A stretch of 63,790 nt of DNA, the filler included, from Octopus bimaculoides (lineage: Eukaryota): the NCBI RefSeq assembly GCF_001194135.2. It is 4 parts of 4 records of this genome, joined end to end, with 100 filler letters (N's around TTAATTAATTAA, not from the genome) between each part and the next. Parts side by side here need not be neighbours in the genome. Positions count along the whole stretch, not along the records: positions 1 to 31,642 come from NC_068984.1; 3 more parts are not named here. One strand, 5' to 3'. The stretch's first letter is position 1. The number at the start of each line of letters is the position of its first letter. A program made the translations under genes and the position numbers. The notes beneath the pieces are model-generated. The model was given only the letters and a program-made list of their open reading frames with translations, searched no databases and had not been told where the DNA came from. Shown piece by piece: positions 1 through 16,598 of this stretch.

Positions 1-275
1 CGTCTCAAGTCTAGGAAAATGTTCGTTCATTAAAGTTTCTGTCCAGCGTTCTATGACTATGTTTCTCGACATTTTTCAATGTCGAGAAGAAAATATATAA
101 TTTTAAAAAGGTTGAAACTGCCCCTAAAGGGCCAATTCCTACCTTGAAAACACAATAAAAAGAAAGTTTGGTGCTTCACACACCTTATATACAAAAATTC
201 CAACAAAATATGGGCAATAAAAGGTCAAATAAACGTTTACCTTCGCAGCCGATGTGACAGCACGTCCGTGAGAAG

Positions 276-338
<63 letters not shown>

Positions 339-1064
339 CAGACAGGCAGACAGATATTACCATTTTGTATTTATGTGTGTATACATGCGTGTGTCTCTCA
401 CTATATCTACAGCGACCACTGCGACTGGTATTCAACGAATTTTAAGAAATAAAGGTTGTTCTTTTTCTAATTTTCATTTGATGATTCAGTGATCTTACAA
501 GAAAAATTAAGTATTTTCTTTGATTTCTGATTTCTCGAAGAAATTAAACACCATCGATAAGACAATTTTTATTTGCAAATGCTTACTTTTTCATAGTAGA
601 AAGCAAAGAATACTGGAGACTTTTGTTTTTTATTTCCCGTTCTTTGCATGCGTGTCTTTACTTGTACATTTATTTACTTAATTATTCATTTATTTAATTA
701 TTTATTGCAGGAACATCAGAGAATAATCATAATTGTACATGTAACCGGATTATTTATTATTCCCTAAAGATATATATAATGAATCAACTAGCAGTACCTT
801 GTGTGATACAAGGATGTCAAATGATTCCGTAATGTCTATCTGTCGTACGCTTAATCTTATAAATACAAAATTTAAAAGCGATTTCAATGGACATTATGCA
901 TTTCAAAGGCAATGTTTCAAAAGCAATGTTTTTTACAATTATTCCTGTGGTTCGTTTTAGGAAGTTAGATTTGGTTCCACGGATAATTAGTTTTTCATTT
1001 CGTAATTATGTCAACATTCATACGTATGGATGTTCGCATGTAAAATGATAAAGCAATTGAATGG

Positions 1065-2345
<1,281 letters not shown>

Positions 2346-2663
2346 TACCCACACATACCTCCTTCTCTTGCACTCTCCTGTCTGAGAAAGAACTTTTTCT
2401 TCACCCATTCCCTTCTGATGATTTCAATATGTGACCGCGTGTGTATCGTTGGCGATTTTCTTTCTCCGCCTTCCCTTCTTTGGACTTTTTCTATATTTCT
2501 GATGAAGGGCTCCGCTCGAGATGTGAAATACTCTTTCTTTTCGGTCCTTTCCTGACCGTCCAATAACACTGTACTTATTCCACAGCCTCACGTTGTTGTT
2601 TTTTCTTGCTTGTTCATGTTTGGATTGACTCTCTGTCTCTCTCTGCCAGTCTTTCTCTCTCTG

Positions 2664-2726
<63 letters not shown>

Positions 2727-4094
2727 NNNNNNNNNNNNNNNNNNNNNNNNNNNNNNNNNNNNNNNNNNNNNNNNNNNNNNNNNNNNNNNNNNNNNNNNNN
2801 NNNNNNNNNNNNNNNNNNNNNNNNNNNNNNNNNNNNNNNNNNNNNNNNNNNNNNNNNNNNNNNNNNNNNNNNNNNNNNNNNNNNNNNNNNNNNNNNNNNN
2901 NNNNNNNNNNNNNNNNNNNNNNNNNNNNNNNNNNNNNNNNNNNNNNNNNNNNNNNNNNNNNNNNNNNNNNNNNNNNNNNNNNNNNNNNNNNNNNNNNNNN
3001 NNNNNNNNNNNNNNNNNNNNNNNNNNNNNNNNNNNNNNNNNNNNNNNNNNNNNNNNNNNNNNNNNNNNNNNNNNNNNNNNNNNNNNNNNNNNNNNNNNNN
3101 NNNNNNNNNNNNNNNNNNNNNNNNNNNNNNNNNNNNNNNNNNNNNNNNNNNNNNNNNNNNNNNNNNNNNNNNNNNNNNNNNNNNNNNNNNNNNNNNNNNN
3201 NNNNNNNNNNNNNNNNNNNNNNNNNNNNNNNNNNNNNNNNNNNNNNNNNNNNNNNNNNNTATATATATATATATATGCTTGTGTGAGTTTATAGGCATGC
3301 TGATGTGCTCGTTTAAATAACGAAAAAGATAAATTCGCAGTACACCCTGCAGAGTTTATATTTATCAGGAATCAGTTGAGAATTCATTATGCTGCCCCTC
3401 AGAGAGATTCCAACACATGCGCGATGCGCATGCGTGAAACTGTGACGCAGGAGGATGAGTTGTCGAAGAGTGAATCATCGATACACACACACACACACAC
3501 ATACACGCCTACACGCAGACACGGTAGAAGGTGTCACACATACACACACGCACAAACACACACTAAACACACATAAACACACACACACTCACAAACGCAG
3601 ACACAAACGCTCATACAAGCAGAAATAAAGAGAGATAATAGACAAGTAAATAATTACATAGATATTTTCCAACGCTATTTTATCCTAGTTATTTAAAATG
3701 GAAAAAAAATCAATAGAGGAATGATTAATTAATATTTATTAATTACTTATAATTATGTTGTTATTTTCTTGTTGAGCATTTTACATTCCCTCTGGGTTAA
3801 TGAAAATATCATAGTCATAAAAGTCAACAAAATAATTTAGTTTTAGTATTTTAAACCTACAGATTGACCACAAAATTTTAACAGAACCGAACAGGTTTGA
3901 AAGTCATTAAGCGTTCCTAAAGCAATCCTCTCATTCTCATTCTCATTCGAATTATTAACCTCCAATTCTCTAATTCTTTCCGTTTCTCTCAGCTATTTCT
4001 TTCCAATCTATTGCACTTAATATGTAAAATTACATGCTTCTTGGAGAAGCACATGAAACTCTGAGAAATTGGTAAAAGTCTTATGATCATGTTT

Positions 4095-4273
4095 CAGGCG
4101 TGGCTACGTAATAAGAAACTTGCTTCTAACAATATTGTTCCGAGTTCAGTTCCGATGTGTGGCACCTTGGGCAAGCGTTTCCTACCTCAGCCACGATCAG
4201 AACAATGCCTTGTGAGTGAAACTCAAAGAAGCCTGTCGGAAACACAAAGACGAAGACTATGAGATGCCTGTCA
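4095..4273 (+). mobile_element. CORE-type SINE (family D), diverged
   Basis: GAGTTCAGTTCC B-box-like, GTGGCACCTTGGGCAAGCG, GCCTTGTGAGTG. Confidence 0.7.
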
Positions 4274-7208
4274 TATATATATATATATATATATATATAN
4301 NNNNNNNNNNNNNNNNNNNNNNNNNNNNNNNNNNNNNNNNNNNNNNNNNNNNNNNNNNNNNNNNNNNNNNNNNNNNNNNNNNNNNNNNNNNNNNNNNNNN
4401 NNNNNNNNNNNNNNNNNNNNNNNNNNNNNNNNNNNNNNNNNNNNNNNNNNNNNNNNNNNNNNNNNNNNNNNNNNNNNNNNNNNNNNNNNNNNNNNNNNNN
4501 NNNNNNNNNNNNNNNNNNNNNNNNNNNNNNNNNNNNNNNNNNNNNNNNNNNNNNNNNNNNNNNNNNNNNNNNNNNNNNNNNNNNNNNNNNNNNNNNNNNN
4601 NNNNNNNNNNNNNNNNNNNNNNNNNNNNNNNNNNNNNNNNNNNNNNNNNNNNNNNNNNNNNNNNNNNNNNNNNNNNNNNNNNNNNNNNNNNNNNNNNNNN
4701 NNNNNNNNNNNNNNNNNNNNNNNNNNNNNNNNNNNNNNNNNNNNNNNNNNNNNNNNNNNNNNNNNNNNNNNNNNNNNNNNNNNNNNNNNNNNNNNNNNNN
4801 NNNNNNNNNNNNNNNNNNNNNNNNNNNNNNNNNNNNNNNNNNNNNNNNNNNNNNNNNNNNNNNNNNNNNNNNNNNNNNNNNNNNNNNNNNNNNNNNNNNN
4901 NNNNNNNNNNNNNNNNNNNNNNNNNNNNNNNNNNNNNNNNNNNNNNNNNNNNNNTATATATATATATATATATCAGTTGAATAAAGTCAAAACATGGTCT
5001 GGCTTTCACGTTTAATATTAAAAAATATATTTTGTAATGTTCATAAAGTTCAATTAGCGCTTTCATACGTTCGTAATACTCATCACATTTCAAAATCTAT
5101 TTAACTGACAATTCCGTTTTTGTAGTACCTCTTAGAACGCTCCAAGAAGCTGAACTTTTGGAATACGGTTTTCACCAATCCGCGTGCAGCTTAAACGTCA
5201 TGGTTTGCCGGGCGTACCCATATTCTGTAATCTGCTTATATTCATTCGTTAGAGATATCTTTCAATCCATATCATTAAGCGGTTATTATACTATTGTTGT
5301 TATTTCCGTTCAGAACAAGTTTGAACATTTTAGTAACTGTTTCTCTTTTATCTTTCTTTCAACCTTTATTTACAAATTAATTAAATGACACAAGCGACAA
5401 GTTTAAATAATTAAATAATTACATAATTAAAGTTTAAATAATTAAATAAGTAAATTGTGTATGTATGTATGTATGTATGTATGTATGTATCTTTGAGTAT
5501 CTTTAGTTTTGTTTTTGTTTCCCTATCACTGCTTGACAACCTATGGGGCTGCATTTGCGTAAGTCGTGTAAATAACATGTCATGTAAAATCCCTTCAAGG
5601 CTGAGCTCCACCATGGCCAGTCAAACGACTGAAATGGGTAAAGCAATGAAAGACTAAAAGAATTAATGTATGTATTTAATATGAAAATGAATCATTTCTC
5701 CATTGATTTTTCATTTAAAAAATGTTGGATAAATTGTTTTGAACACTATCTGTCTACGAATACTGATTCTCTTTACTGCCCCTTTAATGCGCGCGCGCGC
5801 GTATGTATGTGTGTGCGTGTGTGTATTGATGATTCACAGAACAAAACACACACAGAACAAGCAAAGGCTTAAATAACTCCAAGAATTGAATGGAATATTT
5901 CCAACAATTAGGTAGGCAGTCGCGTTATAATGTTAACCGAGTGTCGTCCTTGGATCCGTTGTCATTCTCTGTACACAACTGTTATAATTTAATCATAGCC
6001 ATCCAAACAATGGAAGTATTTTCATAGCATTTAATTTAATTGTAATTAAAATTACATGTAACTGAAGAGAGTTTAAGATGCTCGTATAAATATGAAATTA
6101 AGTATACATAGACAGAGTCACATTGTATCTACACATTGTATAACCTTCTGGTCGAATTGAACATTATACCTTATACAGTCTATCAACTTCGGCGTATCTT
6201 CCGGTTACGAATAACCTTCCTAGAAAGAAACTTACTCGATATCATGATATTTATTTCAATTTATCGCTCACATAACACTGACATTAATTATTGCTTTAAT
6301 ATTCTAATCTGAAGTATGGAGGTCTAAAAGAAAAAATTATAATAAAAGTCACAATCGTTTGACTTCTATTTTCACTTCTCAAATCTCGTTGGTCAATTCT
6401 GGTTGTTTTCATCAGAGAAGATATACGAAAGGAAAGCTTTTTGTGGCAATATTTCATATCCGCACGCTTGACTGATTTGTGTCTAAAATATTAAGTCTAA
6501 CAAATAGTTATTTGATATTTATGATATATAGTCCACAGCTGTATTATAATCTCTTGGGTATTCATATTTCTAATTAGAAAATATCGATAGTGTGCTTTTT
6601 TTATTTCGCGATTCCTTAACCCTCTCCGACAGGGTGCGTAGCACAGAGATTCGAACATCTCTTTATATACTCGATCGAGTTGCTACTTCTTCAAAATGAG
6701 AGGTGATTGTTCCAGTGATGTGGACGCGGTTATAATGCAGCTGGAAAAAATCGTGTCGGAATCTTTACGCCAGGACAAATTGCAGTAGAACCCGGGATAA
6801 ACCAAATAGGAGATGGTTGGGTAATATTCGTCGACTTAAAAGAGACACAGTAAGAGAAGAATTACTTTCATAGAATATAGAAGTTACTAGATAGAATTTA
6901 AAAGTTATTCTGGAACATATTTTTGACGACATTTATAGTGTTTCTCTGTGTGAAGACAGCGGGAGCACTCGCGGCTTATTCCATGTTGTCCCAGATGAAA
7001 TTGTTTATAATACGTCCGATGAAGACAGTTTCTCGTTAGTTTGCAGATTTTCAAATTAGTCTTCCGCATATATTTATTTATTTATTTGATCGTTTAATCA
7101 TTTTAATCCTGTTTATTGTGGTATAAACCGTCAAGACCAGGAATATGGTGATGATGAAAAAGATGATGATCATGATGACGACCGACGACGATGATGATGA
7201 CAACGACA

Positions 7209-7243
<35 letters not shown>

Positions 7244-7273
7244 TAGTAGTAGTTGCAGCAGCAGCAGCAGTAT

Positions 7274-7510
7274 TATTATTTTAACTTCATCCCACAGGGG
7301 GAGGTGGTTTCCATTTTTCCATACATGATCAGCTATACCCGATTTATCGATATCTCCTCGTGTCACAGCTTTGCGAAGTTCTTCTACCCTTATTTTGAGG
7401 GGGCGACATGTTTCGCCTTTGTATAACCTACCACAGCTGCATGGGATGGAGTACACGCAGTTTTTGGTCATATTCTCTTCTGTTGGTGGTTTTACCCGAA
7501 GGAGATATTT
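7274..7510 (-). mobile_element. Penelope-like element GIY-YIG endonuclease, N-terminal part
   Basis: Translates CVYSIPCSCGRLYKGETCRPLKIRVEELRKAVTRGDIDKSGIADHVWKNGNHLPLWDEVKII (VY.IPC.CG..Y.GET.R pattern of PLE endonucleases). Confidence 0.85.
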
Positions 7511-7585
7511 GCGAAGTGTTGTATTGCTCTTGAATAAATACAACAAATTGCTCTTGCGAAGTGTTGTATTGCTCTTGAAAAAAAA

Positions 7586-7741
7586 AAAATAATAGACAGG
7601 GAACAACACTGGAAAATACGAAAACTAAAAGAAGCAGCACATATGCTAGGACACAACAACCTTCTAAGCAGACCGAGTGCAGATATGAATAGCATATGGG
7701 AACCGGTATTGAGGAAGGATAGAAAAATAATAGATTTATAA
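7586..7741 (+). mobile_element. Penelope-like element GIY-YIG C-terminal part, opposite orientation
   Basis: Translates KIIDREQHWKIRKLKEAAHMLGHNNLLSRPSADMNSIWEPVLRKDRKIIDL*, the expected continuation (R..KEA.H) after WDEVKII. Confidence 0.75.
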
Positions 7742-7831
7742 GCCTTAAAATTCACCCCATAATTGCTACTAACCCCAAGGTTCCGAGTTCGATTCACGGC
7801 AGCGACCTGATTAATAATATTAATAATAATA

Positions 7832-7863
<32 letters not shown>

Positions 7864-7897
7864 GTAACATCGATAGGAATGAGAACCNNNNNNNNNN

Positions 7898-7946
<49 letters not shown>

Positions 7947-9950
7947 TAGATAGATAGATAGATAGATAGATTATAGAAATAGATAAATGGAGAGAGGGGA
8001 AACAGACAGACAGGTTGACAGACAGATACTTATCCCTCTCTGCTTTAGCAAATGAGTAGCGCATCCGTGCCTGTGTGATTGCGTGTGTACACACATACAC
8101 GCTCACATCACATATAGTTTTCACCACCGCACACTAATTTCATCGACTACAAGCAATTGGTGTCAGCTGCATTTACATTTCCAGAGAAAAACCTGGATTT
8201 TATTAAAAACATTGTCGCTGGCGTTTTTCGAACAAGCAGCAAATATTCCAAACAAGCAGCAAATATTTTGATTGAGATCGCCCGGTATTTTGGTTTTTGC
8301 CTTGTGGGTTTCTCTCAGTTCGGAAATTCAGGTTCAATTTCCTGTCCCAACTCACAAGACGATGGGATTTCACTACTGGTTATAGTAGAGTGTATGAGCG
8401 CCAGATCGTTCATTTGCAAAAGAGAACGAGAGAGAGAGACAGAGAGAGAGCACAGATGAAGCTGCTCCGTCATCTCCAGAGTTGTGACACCCGGTTTTCT
8501 AGAGAGCGAGATCTACTGCTCAAGTTACTGTTTCTCTTTCTTTTCTCCACCATATATTTTTTTCCGTTTGATATCATGTTCTCTCAAACCTCTCAGCAAA
8601 AGCCCTACACATGCCCATCGTTTCCAGAATATATTAGATACGCCTTTTGCCCTACGCCAAACCTGTCATTATGACAGAACTCCGCGAATGATTTACTATT
8701 TTGGAGTTGTTTTTCCCACTTTCTCGATAGGCGCCATCTTCGTTTAAAACGCAAAAAGAAAGTCCTTTACTTTCTATCCCCCTTTTAAGAGATATTATTT
8801 GGTCCCACTTATCTTACAGTGTGTTTTCAATGGCGTTTGCAAACCACATCTGCTTTTTCAGAAGAAAGCAACATAACATTTCGTGTTTGCATTTGGTTTG
8901 CAGGAATCTTGCTCCGAACCCATGTGCTGAAATATATTTAGAGGACCATCATAACAATAATAAAAGAAATGCATTGGTTTTATTTCACCTTATTTTTATT
9001 TACCAATTGGTTAGACATTTAACAAATTAGCTATTGAGGAATTGTTCAGTGAATCAATTAACTCAATTCAGTGAACAAGTGATCAATAAGAAAACTGACT
9101 TATTAAACGGTTAATCGATTCATAAGTAAATGTATAGAAGTGAAAAAGAGGCAGTGCGTGTGTTGTATATTAGTATAGTATAATGACCCTCCGGAGGTAC
9201 ATCAAATTACATTTTTTTAGTTGCTCTTTCAAATAAATGTCGAACAGCGGGACACTGTTCTTTTATAACTGTCTCCCTCACATTGGTCCTTTCACCGAGA
9301 AATGATTCATGTTATAATATTCTATAGTATTTATTGTTCGGGCAAAGGTGCGGTGCGTTGCCATGCAGAAATATTGGAAATGTTTGCGTATTGCAAAGAA
9401 AGAGTGTACGTATCAGTGTTGATGCTGTTGTCGTTGTTGTTGTTGTCTTTGACAGATTTCTGCTCGATGTATTCACACAAACACTTTTGGCTGTTAAAAT
9501 ATTGTTTTCTTTTTGTTGCCGCTCAACATTAACTATTTCACTCAGCAATAAAATTTCTTTTCGGTTTTAGTTTTTGTGTGTGTGTGGACTGTGAGAATTT
9601 ATTCATAGTCGTTTTTCTTTATCGGGCGTCACTTGGAATTTTCTAAGCCATTTGTCTGTGGGTAGACAATATGGTGTAGTAATAAAATTTATCTAAAAAA
9701 TAACAAGTATCAATTTTTTTTTCGATGTTCAAATTCTGTAGGTGCAGGCTCCAAACTATCTGTCGGCGAAATAGTTCAAAAAATTTCTATTTCTTCCCTT
9801 CAAGGTGTGACATTTAAAAGTTATCCGACTACTACAACTACTACTGCTGCTGCTGCTGATAATACAGCCACCGTCATCACCACAACCATCACCACAACCA
9901 TCACAACCATTATTAATCTTATCTTTAGTGGTGCTTCTAATAGTAGTAAT

Positions 9951-11115
9951 AATGATTTCAATTTTTTGCCACAAGGGCAGCTTGTGTGGAGAGGATAAAT
10001 CGATTACGTCGACCCCAGTACGGAACTGGTACTCATTTAATCGACCCCGAAAGGATGATTTTTTTTTTCAGCTATGCACAACAAGCGTATTCCCCTCTGA
10101 TTATCACACACACTTCTGTTCCCCTTAATATTTGTGAGAGCGTCAAATCCTCTGCTAAAGAAGCTCTAGGATTCGTCAAATGCTTACATCAAGATTGGTT
10201 TGATGAGAATGATTTTCTAATTAAATCTCTTCTACAAACTACGCACAAGAGACACAAGGCGTGTATCTTAGACAAAAACTCATCAACACTCCGATCCTTA
10301 TACGCATCTCGAAAACTACACAGAAAAAACTGCATGAGATGAGACATTTTTGGTGAGCAAAAGAATCCCAAGAATTGGAACAGTCTGCTAATAATAATAA
10401 TAATAATCCTTTCTACTACAGCCACAAGGTCTCACATCTTGAGGGAGTGGACAAGCCGACTACATCGACCACAGTATTGCACTGGTACTAAATTTATCGA
10501 CCCAGAAAAGATAAAAGGTAAAGTTGACCACGGTGAAATTTGAACTCAGAAAGTAAAGACTTAAGAAATGCCGCCAAGTATTCCGTCCGGCGTGCTAATG
10601 ATTGTGCAGGCTCGCCAACTTGAATATAATAATGATGATTTCATTTATCTACCACAAGGGCGAAGGATGAGAGGAAGAATACAGAGATATATAATAATCA
10701 AAGGATAAAAAAAAAGTATACACGGTATACCCTGAAAATGATAAAAGGATAAAAACAAAAAAATTTTAACTGTACCCACCTTCTAGGTCGGTGGAATTTG
10801 AACTCAGAACGTGAAAACAGACGAAATACAGTTAATCATTTCTCCCGACTCGCTAACGCTTCTGCCACATCGCCGCCTTAAAAGTAAAACATAGAAATAT
10901 TCTTTTCTACTCTAGGGAGAAGGCCAGAAATTTTGGGGTGGGGGCTTGTCGAGTAGACCGACCCAGTACGCAACTGGTACTTAATTTATCGACTCCGAAA
11001 GGATAAAATGTAAAGTCGACCGCGGCGGAATTCGAACTCAGAATGTAAAGACAGACGAAATGTGACCAAGTATTCTGCTCGGCGTTCTTACGATTCTGCT
11101 AGCCCGGCGCCTTTA
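9951..11115 (-). mobile_element. Cluster of four SINE family A copies (9951-10058, 10408-10622, 10784-10880, 10899-11115)
   Basis: Each matches the 39037-39252 copy in whole or part, all in the same orientation. Confidence 0.85.
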
Positions 11116-12240
11116 CGACCGCCATTAATATTAATAATGTACAATAGTATGCATTGTCACAGTATTTAATTCGTCACCCACAATGCTTTATATTATAACT
11201 GTCTTTGCTCCTTACGTTCTCAGTTCAAATAGCATCGCCGCCATCTTTGCTTTTATCTCTCCCCGAACCAAAGATTAAGGACTAACAAAGAGCCGGAGCG
11301 TCGATATGAATTGTATCTTCCACCAAATTTCTCGGCTCGTGCCTGTATTACAAATGATTGTTTCAATTGTTTTGTTTATATATAGCTGGCTGTGTTTGTA
11401 TTGTTATAGGTCTTATTTTCTTTAAATGTATTTTAATTTTCGTGTCAGTTTTGGTATTCATTTAATGCGAAAAGCGATCCCAATTGCGTTGTTTTAAATA
11501 ATTTTTACGGTTAGTTAAATTACAATAAATTGTTGCAACAGTGTTGCGTGATTTTCGCCTGGGTTTTGGTATGTATGTGAGTGCATGTGCGTAATGGATA
11601 TGTGTCTATGTGCCCGGACGTGTATGTGAAAGTGTTTGTGTGTATTTATATATGTGTGTACGTGTGTGCGTATGCATTGAAAAATGTATGTTTGCGGGGA
11701 GCATGCGTCCGTATAAATGCCAGGCTTAATTACATTAAAGATTTATTAATAATGATAGTTAACCAGAGGATTCGATTATTCTAAATTAAATTCACATTAA
11801 GATAATAAATAAATAAATAACGAACAATTAAAACCACGCTCATTTTATTCAGGAAATTATTGGCAAACGTGTAATGAGACTTATACGTGACATCTGACGC
11901 CGACAAGATCAGCGAAGTATTTTACTAGCTTTTAACGCCGTGCTTAATAGAAAGATTCGAAGGAAGTGCTGACGCCTTCCTTATCACAATATTTCCTATC
12001 ACATTCCACTATCACAAATCTATGGATCTGTACAGCGTACGCTCTCGTCCTGTTCTGTCTTATTTGAAGAGACGCTATTTAGATCTCTTGCTATTTCGCT
12101 CTCGAGACTTGTTGTAGCTAAACTTTCCATCATATGGAATTGAACGCGGCACGTGAAGCTAACAAACTTTACCACTACTACTACTACTACTACTATTACT
12201 ACTACTTTTCATCGGCATTAACGAAGAATACACATTACTA

Positions 12241-12860
12241 GCCATAAATGAGGTGGACGCAAACTCAACTTCTGGTCCTGATGGTTTCCCAGTAATCCTC
12301 CTTAAATCGTGTACGCGTGCCCTGGCGAAACCTCTACAGTTTCTCTTCTAGAGCTTTGTGGCAAATGCCCAATCTATCAAGGAGAAAGCACAGCAGATGT
12401 CAAAAACTATAGACCTATTTCTCTACTTTCACACATCAGCTAAGTCATGGAACGGATAGTCAAAGGGAAACTAATCGCATTCATTGAAGGAAACAACTTG
12501 CTGACTGATATCCAGCATGGCTTTCGACCAGGTAGAAGCTGCCTGACCCAGCTCTTACAGCACTATGACTGGGTGTTGTGGCAGATACTCAACAAGTCAA
12601 ATGTGGACGTAATATACCTTGACTTTTCAACAGATTTTGATAAAGTGGATCATGATATGATATGCCACAAACCGCGTGATCTTGGCATAGCTAGAAAACT
12701 AGGAGAATGGTTACATGACTTTCTGAAAGATAGAAGATAATGGTGGCCAATGGAGCTACCTCAAAGAAAACGAAAATAGTGAGCGGTGTTCCACATGGCA
12801 CTGTCTTGGGACCACTGCTTTTCATAGTGGCCGTCTCAGATATACTTTCAGCTGCCTGGA
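12241..12860 (+). mobile_element. CR1/L2-group LINE reverse transcriptase fragment (pseudogenised)
   Basis: SGPDGFP, NYRPISLLS, QHGFRPGRSCLTQLL, VIYLDFSTDFDKVDH and SGVPHGTVLGPLLF motifs with stops, frameshifts and a deletion. Confidence 0.9.
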
Positions 12861-13562
12861 TAACTTGTATAGATATAATAATTTTTTATAGCATGATATA
12901 ACTATTGCCTTGCTCTAATTTCGTTCTTTCTGAAAAACGTAGTAAAATTATTATATTTTTTAATTTATACTTTATTTTCTCTTTACCTAATAAATTATAT
13001 AGTTTATAGTTATAGTAGCTCTATGTTTTTGTTTAATTTATTTTTTCTCTGATAAACTAAGTAAACTCGTGTTTATACATATTAGTTACTTAGAATAATG
13101 TTTAAATCAGTAAGAAAATATAAATGAGAGTAGTTACTATATATTATCATTATATATATAATTATATATATTTGAATATTATTATAATAACTATGAATAT
13201 TTAATAGATATACTAACATTATATTCTTTCAAACGTGAATTCGCATATAGATTTATATAATAAAAATACTGGATTAACATAATTTATTTCCTTCTGTAGA
13301 ACTAAGTAAAACTCTGATACTTCATTTATTTATATATTCTGTAAAAATTGGTATACTTTTATAATCATCTTACCTTTATCCATCGATGTATTTGGTAGTA
13401 AAATACAGAGTGAATGAAGTATCGATTAAAACATTTGTTATTGTATCTAGTGCCAGAATTAAAGATATCCTTAATCATTTATCTTTTTTCATCCAAATAT
13501 AAAGTAATTTTAAATAAAAATATATTTGCTACTCCACCATAAATGTTTTGCTGCTACTCGTT

Positions 13563-13600
<38 letters not shown>

Positions 13601-13643
13601 GTTTTCACTCAAAACATATACAGTAGAATATAGGTGTACATAT

Positions 13644-13676
<33 letters not shown>

Positions 13677-14081
13677 TATGAATGCATGTATGTATATATA
13701 TATANNNNNNNNNNNNNNNNNNNNNNNNNNNNNNNNNNNNNNNNNNNNNNNNNNNNNNNNNNNNNNNNNNNNNNNNNNNNNNNNNNNNNNNNNNNNNNNN
13801 NNNNNNNNNNNNNNNNNNNNNNNNNNNNNNNNNNNNNNNNNNNNNNNNNNNNNNNNNNNNNNNNNNNNNNNNNNNNNNNNNNNNNNNNGTTTCTTTCAAT
13901 CATTAGACTCCGGCTACGCTGGAGCACGTCGTCCTAGGATTTTTAGTCGACACCATTACCTTTCTTTTTAAAGCTTGCTACTATATTACGTGGGCGTTAA
14001 TAATGCAATACTACTTCCTATCTGGTATGAGTAACACACTCAAAGACATAAACGTACTCTCTCTCTCTCTCTGTCTCTCTC

Positions 14082-14129
<48 letters not shown>

Positions 14130-16598
14130 TCTCACTCTCTTACATACACATACACTCACACAAACGGAATTCTTTCAAATGTTGTCTACCATTTTTCACA
14201 AGGCCCTGGGCTAATACAAAACACATTTACCTGAGATGTCACACGTTGACTCCCGAACCGTGTGGTTTGAGAAGCAAACTTCTTACCACGCAGCTACATC
14301 TGTGCCTCTATTTAAAGGTGTGAATTAACATCTTTAACTCATGTACTTATAGAATCAGTTTTTCGATAAGTGCTTTATCATACAACTTTAGGAATACTCT
14401 TGAATAAATCCGAAATGTATCGACCACATCGGTTTTATTTTCTTTAATTGAAATTTATTCTTTAAGGCTCAAAAAAAGTATTGAAATGTTTAGAAAAAAT
14501 CGTATTTTTCCTCGTAAAATAGGAAAAACAAAATCAGAATCATAAAACCAAGAAATCTTAGCTTCGATACAAAACAAAAACGTGCATGAAGTTCGAAGGT
14601 GTTTACAACCTTAGTAGAACATACGCAAACACATTATGTGCAATACAGAACTGTATTCTTTCCTGTAGTTAAACCTGTAATGAGTGAGTGAATAGCTGTG
14701 AGAGATGTTGAATACTTAGACATACCGAAGTAATACTGTCTTTCATTGAAAGTTCGATTCTAAAGTGATCTATTATCATTCTGCATATCATAGGTAACGC
14801 AGACATGTTGTAGGGAGCCTGGAAATTACGATATTTCTCTTGAGAAATCCTCTCATATGGACGTATTGCGTTATAAAACAGTATATATAACCGTATTTTT
14901 CTTAAAATGCATCTGTAGAAGATAGAAGACGCTTCCTCGAGAAGATATCTGCGCTTTCCAGAATTTCTACAGTATATCTGCAATTTGTATGGTATACGGA
15001 ATGCTAATTTTAACTAATACTTCTACCGTACCTAATAATAAATTGAGACTAAATGACGATGATTGACTTTTTCTTGATGTTTTGACGATGAACATGTAAT
15101 TGTTCTCTCATGTAAATTATCCATGCCATAAGTTCAGTTGTAAGTATCTGGCTGAGTATTCCGTGAACACGTTTATAACGTCTCATTCTTCAGCCGGACC
15201 AGTGTGACAATGAGACAGGACTGGACTGAACCAGACAGGGACTTTGAATTACAGAGATTTTTTACTCTTATACACACTCAATTTCACTCATATACGATGA
15301 AAAAGAAGGGTGAAGGATTAAACGTCAATTGACTATTATTCCAAATAATTACAACAAATCTTGGCTCTGATGATTGTCAAGCGACCTTGTTAGTCAATGA
15401 CATATGACATCTGTCTATATGAACTCTGCAAATAATAAAAAAAAAAACAAATATTGAACCACATTCTCTAAATGAATCTGATTTGGGTAACTATGCAAAT
15501 ATACCTCTACTATTTCTTTAAAAATTGAAATTATAGAAACACGGTGTGTCAGATTGAAAAACGGAAGCAAATGGAATATTATTGAATAAATGGAAAATTC
15601 ACAATTTTGTCAAAATAAATAAATAAATAGCAGACATTTTCTTCATTCAGAAACAGCATAATTGAATAACGAACAGCGAAATATAAAACAATGGGCTTTG
15701 CTTAGGTCTTCGCAGCCATATTAGATCATAAGCAACCAATTGTATAAAAAATGAAAACACATTTCTCTTCGCGGTTAAATTTAAAAACAAAACGGTGATT
15801 ATGATATAGACGTAATATACAGAAAGAGGAATATACACACCTGAACATGTGTGTGTGTGTGTGTGTGTGTGTATTTGTGTGTGTTTACTTGTGTGTAAGT
15901 GTATCTATGTTTCTTCATTCTTTTTCTTTCCTTGTGAAAATTCTTCCTCAGAGAAGGCTGGTAATAATAATATTTTCAATAAGTACTAAGACAATGCATA
16001 TTCTCCAGAAAGTATAAAGTAAAGTAGTTCACCATCACAACACTTTAATATTATGTCTACCAAATTTGGCAAGGCCCTGGACTAATACAAGACCTTCTCA
16101 AGCGGCCAACTGAAGGTTAGTTAAAATAATATAGATGAACATAATGAGAAACGAAAACATAAAAACGAAAACCTACGAAATGCACGTTTTTCGAACAACG
16201 TAAAAAACAAACATAGAAACGAGACATGCAACATAAAGAGTATACTCCTTCGTCAGTTGTCTCTGTTCCATCTACTCCGCGTTTCGAATGCAAGGACAAT
16301 ACGCGACTTCCCGCAAAGCAAATTAGATAAAATTTGAGATTTTTTGCGTAGGGTGAAAGTGTTAACAAGAACAGGACAGTGAGAACAAGACAGTAAAAAC
16401 AAACGCTGAGGGCTGTTGAGCCAAGACGACAGAAAAATTATTATGAACCAATTATATCGCTGATACCATACATCACTAAATAAATTTCAAAATTACTACA
16501 TCAAATTTATTTGACAGTTTGATTCATAGCACGTTTTAATTGAAACAGGAAACGAAATGATTCACTCTTCCAGTTTACCGAGAATTATTAATTCATTG

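Noticed and set aside
661-780. Acceptor-like TTTATTGCAG followed by possible exon
   Set aside because: No open frame or convincing donor; AT-rich context.
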